From the NCBI GenBank assembly GCA_016840085.1, contig JAEOTA010000085.1, forward strand, positions 1 through 64,000: 64,000 nt of DNA, in the 5' to 3' direction. The stretch comes from Promethearchaeota archaeon (lineage in GTDB: Archaea; Asgardarchaeota; Lokiarchaeia; Sigyniarchaeales; SOKP01). This document shows positions 61,649 through 64,000 of this stretch, one piece after another. The notes beneath the pieces are model-generated. The model did not search any database and was not told the DNA's origin. It saw only the letters and a program-made list of their open reading frames with translations. Within the stretch, counting starts at the first letter, position 1. Every line of letters starts with the position of its first letter. The position numbers and the translations under genes are program-made.

Positions 61649-62729
61649 ATGCAGGAAATTAAGAAAATAAGCAAGAAAATGACTAAGATTTTATAATTTT
61701 AAGCTCTTTTAATTTATTGTTTATTGGAAATTTGTCGGGGTCCTGACTATTAATTTTCCGTGCAATTATCAGTGTAGTGAGAAGTCAAAAAGATACAGGG
61801 ATATACAACGTGGCTTTGGAATTGTGTTAGAGGGTATTGGAGAGAGACATAGTAATTATAACCAAATCTTATATAATGAATTATATTATGGGGATGTGGG
61901 GATTTATTTAGATAATTCAAATTATAATACCATTAAATATAATACTTTTTTTAAAAATCGAGTATTTATACAAGAAGAAAATAATTGTATAGGAAATATT
62001 ATTGAAGACAATTATTACGTAAAAAGAGCTTATTTTAATTGGTCTATTATAATTATAGCAGTAATAGTCTTAATAATCATATCTGTGTGTATTTTTTTAT
62101 ATTATAAATTAAAGAAGAAGAAAGCCTCTATGAAATCAGAAACTGAAGATGAAATAGCGGAGTCAGTCACTATCCAAAGTGAAACATTGATTTCTGAAGA
62201 AGAGCAGACTCCAAAGATATTTCCACATGAAATTGAACAAAAAGAGTCTCAAACTTCTATGGTTGAATCCATCTCTGTTGAAGATGATGTACCACCCCTT
62301 ATAGAGCAACTTCCTGAAATCAGTCCTGTAGATAAATTTAACATTTTTTTAAGCTATTCTACTTTAGATTCGCAGTATTTCCAAATAGAAAAGATTGTGG
62401 AGCTTCTGGAGCAATATCCCGAAATTGGTAAGATATATTATTGGGAAGCGGACAGTAAAGAAAATATCGTTGAATTTATGAATGAGACCTTAAAAAAAAT
62501 TAATGTATTTATTCTCCTCTGCAGTGAGAATTCACTCAAATCTAAAGCTGTGAATGACGAATGGCAAGCAGCGTTTCAGATGCGAAAAGAAGGATTATTA
62601 AAAATTATCCCTGTATATGAACAACAAGACCATATACCAAATATCTTATGGCATTTACTTAATGTAAAGTATACCAAAGACGACTTTAAAGGCTTTCTTG
62701 AGAACTTGCATCGTGAAATTTTGAGATAA
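61649..62729 (+). CDS. beta-helix (NosD-like) fragment - TM - TIR domain protein; 5' part degraded
   Basis: GIYLDNSNYNTIKYNTF repeats, TM + KKKK, TIR (IFLSYS...FILLCSENS..S.AVNDEW...IIPVY); frameshifted signal-like segment from ATG 61649; intact frame 61824-62729. Confidence 0.75.
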
Positions 62730-62911
62730 TAGAGAGAAATATAAATAACAGATTCAACATACTCTTTCTATTTTTTTTTTAAATATGTACCTATTACTTT
62801 AGAGTAATAGAAAGAGCAGTAGTGAGAGCGAAGACAAATAGACGAAAATGTGTCTTACCTTATGATATTTGAAATATATGAAAAAAAGAAAATAAAGACA
62901 TAAGAATAATT

Positions 62912-63232
62912 ATGGGAGTAATTGATAATTATCTTAAATCAAAAGAAAAGAAGAAATACTATTGCTTAAGCTGTTTCCTGTATACCAAGAAAAGATATGT
63001 TCTCCATGTTCTTGAAGATGAGACAGGAAAGGTATATAAATGTCCAAATTGTCCACCATTAGAGCTCGTTAGACTCACAATTCCTCGAAGGGTCTATACT
63101 AACACACATTTGGAATATACGGCGGAATCAGTGATTCGCCTATATGAAAAACGGGACACTATTAGAGGGTTAAAAATGGTATATGAGCCCCAATATCTAC
63201 GGTTTTTTCAGGCGCGATTTGAAAAATTATAA
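62912..63232 (+). CDS. chimeric ORF: CxxC...CxxC Zn-ribbon fused in frame to tpl C-terminal fragment
   Basis: YYCLSC...YKCPNC then LELVRLTIPRRVYT...LRFFQARFEKL. Confidence 0.6.
   Translation: MGVIDNYLKSKEKKKYYCLSCFLYTKKRYVLHVLEDETGKVYKCPNCPPLELVRLTIPRRVYTNTHLEYTAESVIRLYEKRDTIRGLKMVYEPQYLRFFQARFEKL
63053..63223 (+). repeat. direct repeat copy 2 (displaced tpl 3' end)
   Basis: See 61281-61451. Confidence 0.9.
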
Positions 63233-63401
63233 AAAAGATAATTTTTAGAATAAATATCAGCCAAAAATAAAAAAGTTAGGGAAAGAGAATGGATGTTCCT
63301 GTTTTTTTCTTAGCAATCCATTGCCGCATTTCCTCATAACATTCCACGCAGTACTATGCGCCATCGCGTAGGTTGTACGTCATGTCTTGGTCTGATCTTG
63401 C

Positions 63402-64000
63402 TTATTCTCTAACCTTTTCTATGGATAAAATAACTCTTTTTAATTCCCAATTAGGATCTCTCTTACCAGGAAATTCCAAAATCTCCTTACATTGTAAACC
63501 CAAATTTTCTAAAAGTCCATTCCATTCTTGTACTGTTAAAACTTTTGAACTTTTTTCACCTTTATATTTCCTTCTGATTATTTTTTGAAAAATAAATCCG
63601 ATAATTTTTCCTATTTTTGTGCGCCATTTATCTGGGGCACATATATCTGCTATTACTAATCTTCCATTATTTTTTATGACTCTTTTAAACTCATTTAATG
63701 CTTTTTCAACCTTCATATGACGGATAGCAAAAGAGCTTATTATCAAATCAAATGAACTATCACTAAAAGGAATATTTTCTCCATTTCCCTTTTCTGTAAT
63801 AATAAAGTTTTCAAAACCTTGCTCTTTTATATTTTTTTTAGCAATCGCAATCATTTCATCCACGGGTTCAAGAGCAATTATCTTAAAGTTATTAGATATC
63901 TTTTTTGCAAGAGCTAAAGAAGTGAGTCCTGTTCCTGCTCCTACATCTAATATTCTAATATCGGGTTTTAATTCACATAATTTTATAAAAGATTTCATAA
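63402..64000 (-). CDS. class I SAM-dependent methyltransferase (UbiE-like), probably truncated by the window edge
   Basis: ILDVGAGTG, IPFSDSSFDLI, EFKRVIKNNGRLVIAD. Confidence 0.88.
   Translation of the reverse strand, partial: MKSFIKLCELKPDIRILDVGAGTGLTSLALAKKISNNFKIIALEPVDEMIAIAKKNIKEQGFENFIITEKGNGENIPFSDSSFDLIISSFAIRHMKVEKALNEFKRVIKNNGRLVIADICAPDKWRTKIGKIIGFIFQKIIRRKYKGEKSSKVLTVQEWNGLLENLGLQCKEILEFPGKRDPNWELKRVILSIEKVRE

Noticed and set aside
63335-63385. Minus-strand AUGA...GA as SECIS for the methyltransferase
   Set aside because: The helix above the putative core does not pair in register, and no UGA is visible in the gene portion within the window.
253-63588. Many short ORFs antisense to or nested in long genes (e.g. 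253-480, 4952-5335, 13537-13842, 27947-28213, 37649-39025, 60172-61023)
   Set aside because: Overlap well-supported genes and show no motifs.
1-64000. Genome-wide UGA reassignment
   Set aside because: TGA ends several complete genes (2285, 12526, 27790-92, 34411, 35610), and Trp is encoded by TGG.

Overview
AT-rich archaeal chromosomal segment, most likely from an Asgard archaeon (Lokiarchaeia/Promethearchaeota). This is inferred from the HEAT+LRR protein, the IPGF C-terminal sorting motif, a membrane-anchored TIR protein, the Fwd-like cluster and a eukaryote-type SECIS hairpin. Most genes are anaerobic acyl-CoA and amino-acid catabolism (2-hydroxyacyl-CoA dehydratase plus activator, GctAB-type CoA-transferase, ACAD/MaoC/ECH, FadD, two thiolases with an HMGS-like/DUF35 fusion, tyrosine phenol-lyase). 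There is also a TreT plus sugar ABC module, a corrinoid/MT2 pair, MoxR-VWA and MscL. Main signals not shown by the ORF track: (1) a 78-aa single-pass membrane ORF with an in-frame UGA, followed directly by a eukaryote-type SECIS (candidate new selenoprotein); (2) a ~345-nt multi-hairpin intergenic RNA with repeated C(U/A)UACG loops; (3) two insertions bracketed by synonymously diverged copies of a host gene end, one carrying a Zn-ribbon endonuclease (VWA 5' end) and one a TIR protein (tpl 3' end); (4) a translationally coupled operon of receptor-like GNAT, kinase-like protein and helical protein using non-AUG starts; (5) an Fwd-like cluster with altered catalytic residues; (6) two further UGA-interrupted ORFs. 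All pairings, alignments and counts were done by eye; no database searches were run.
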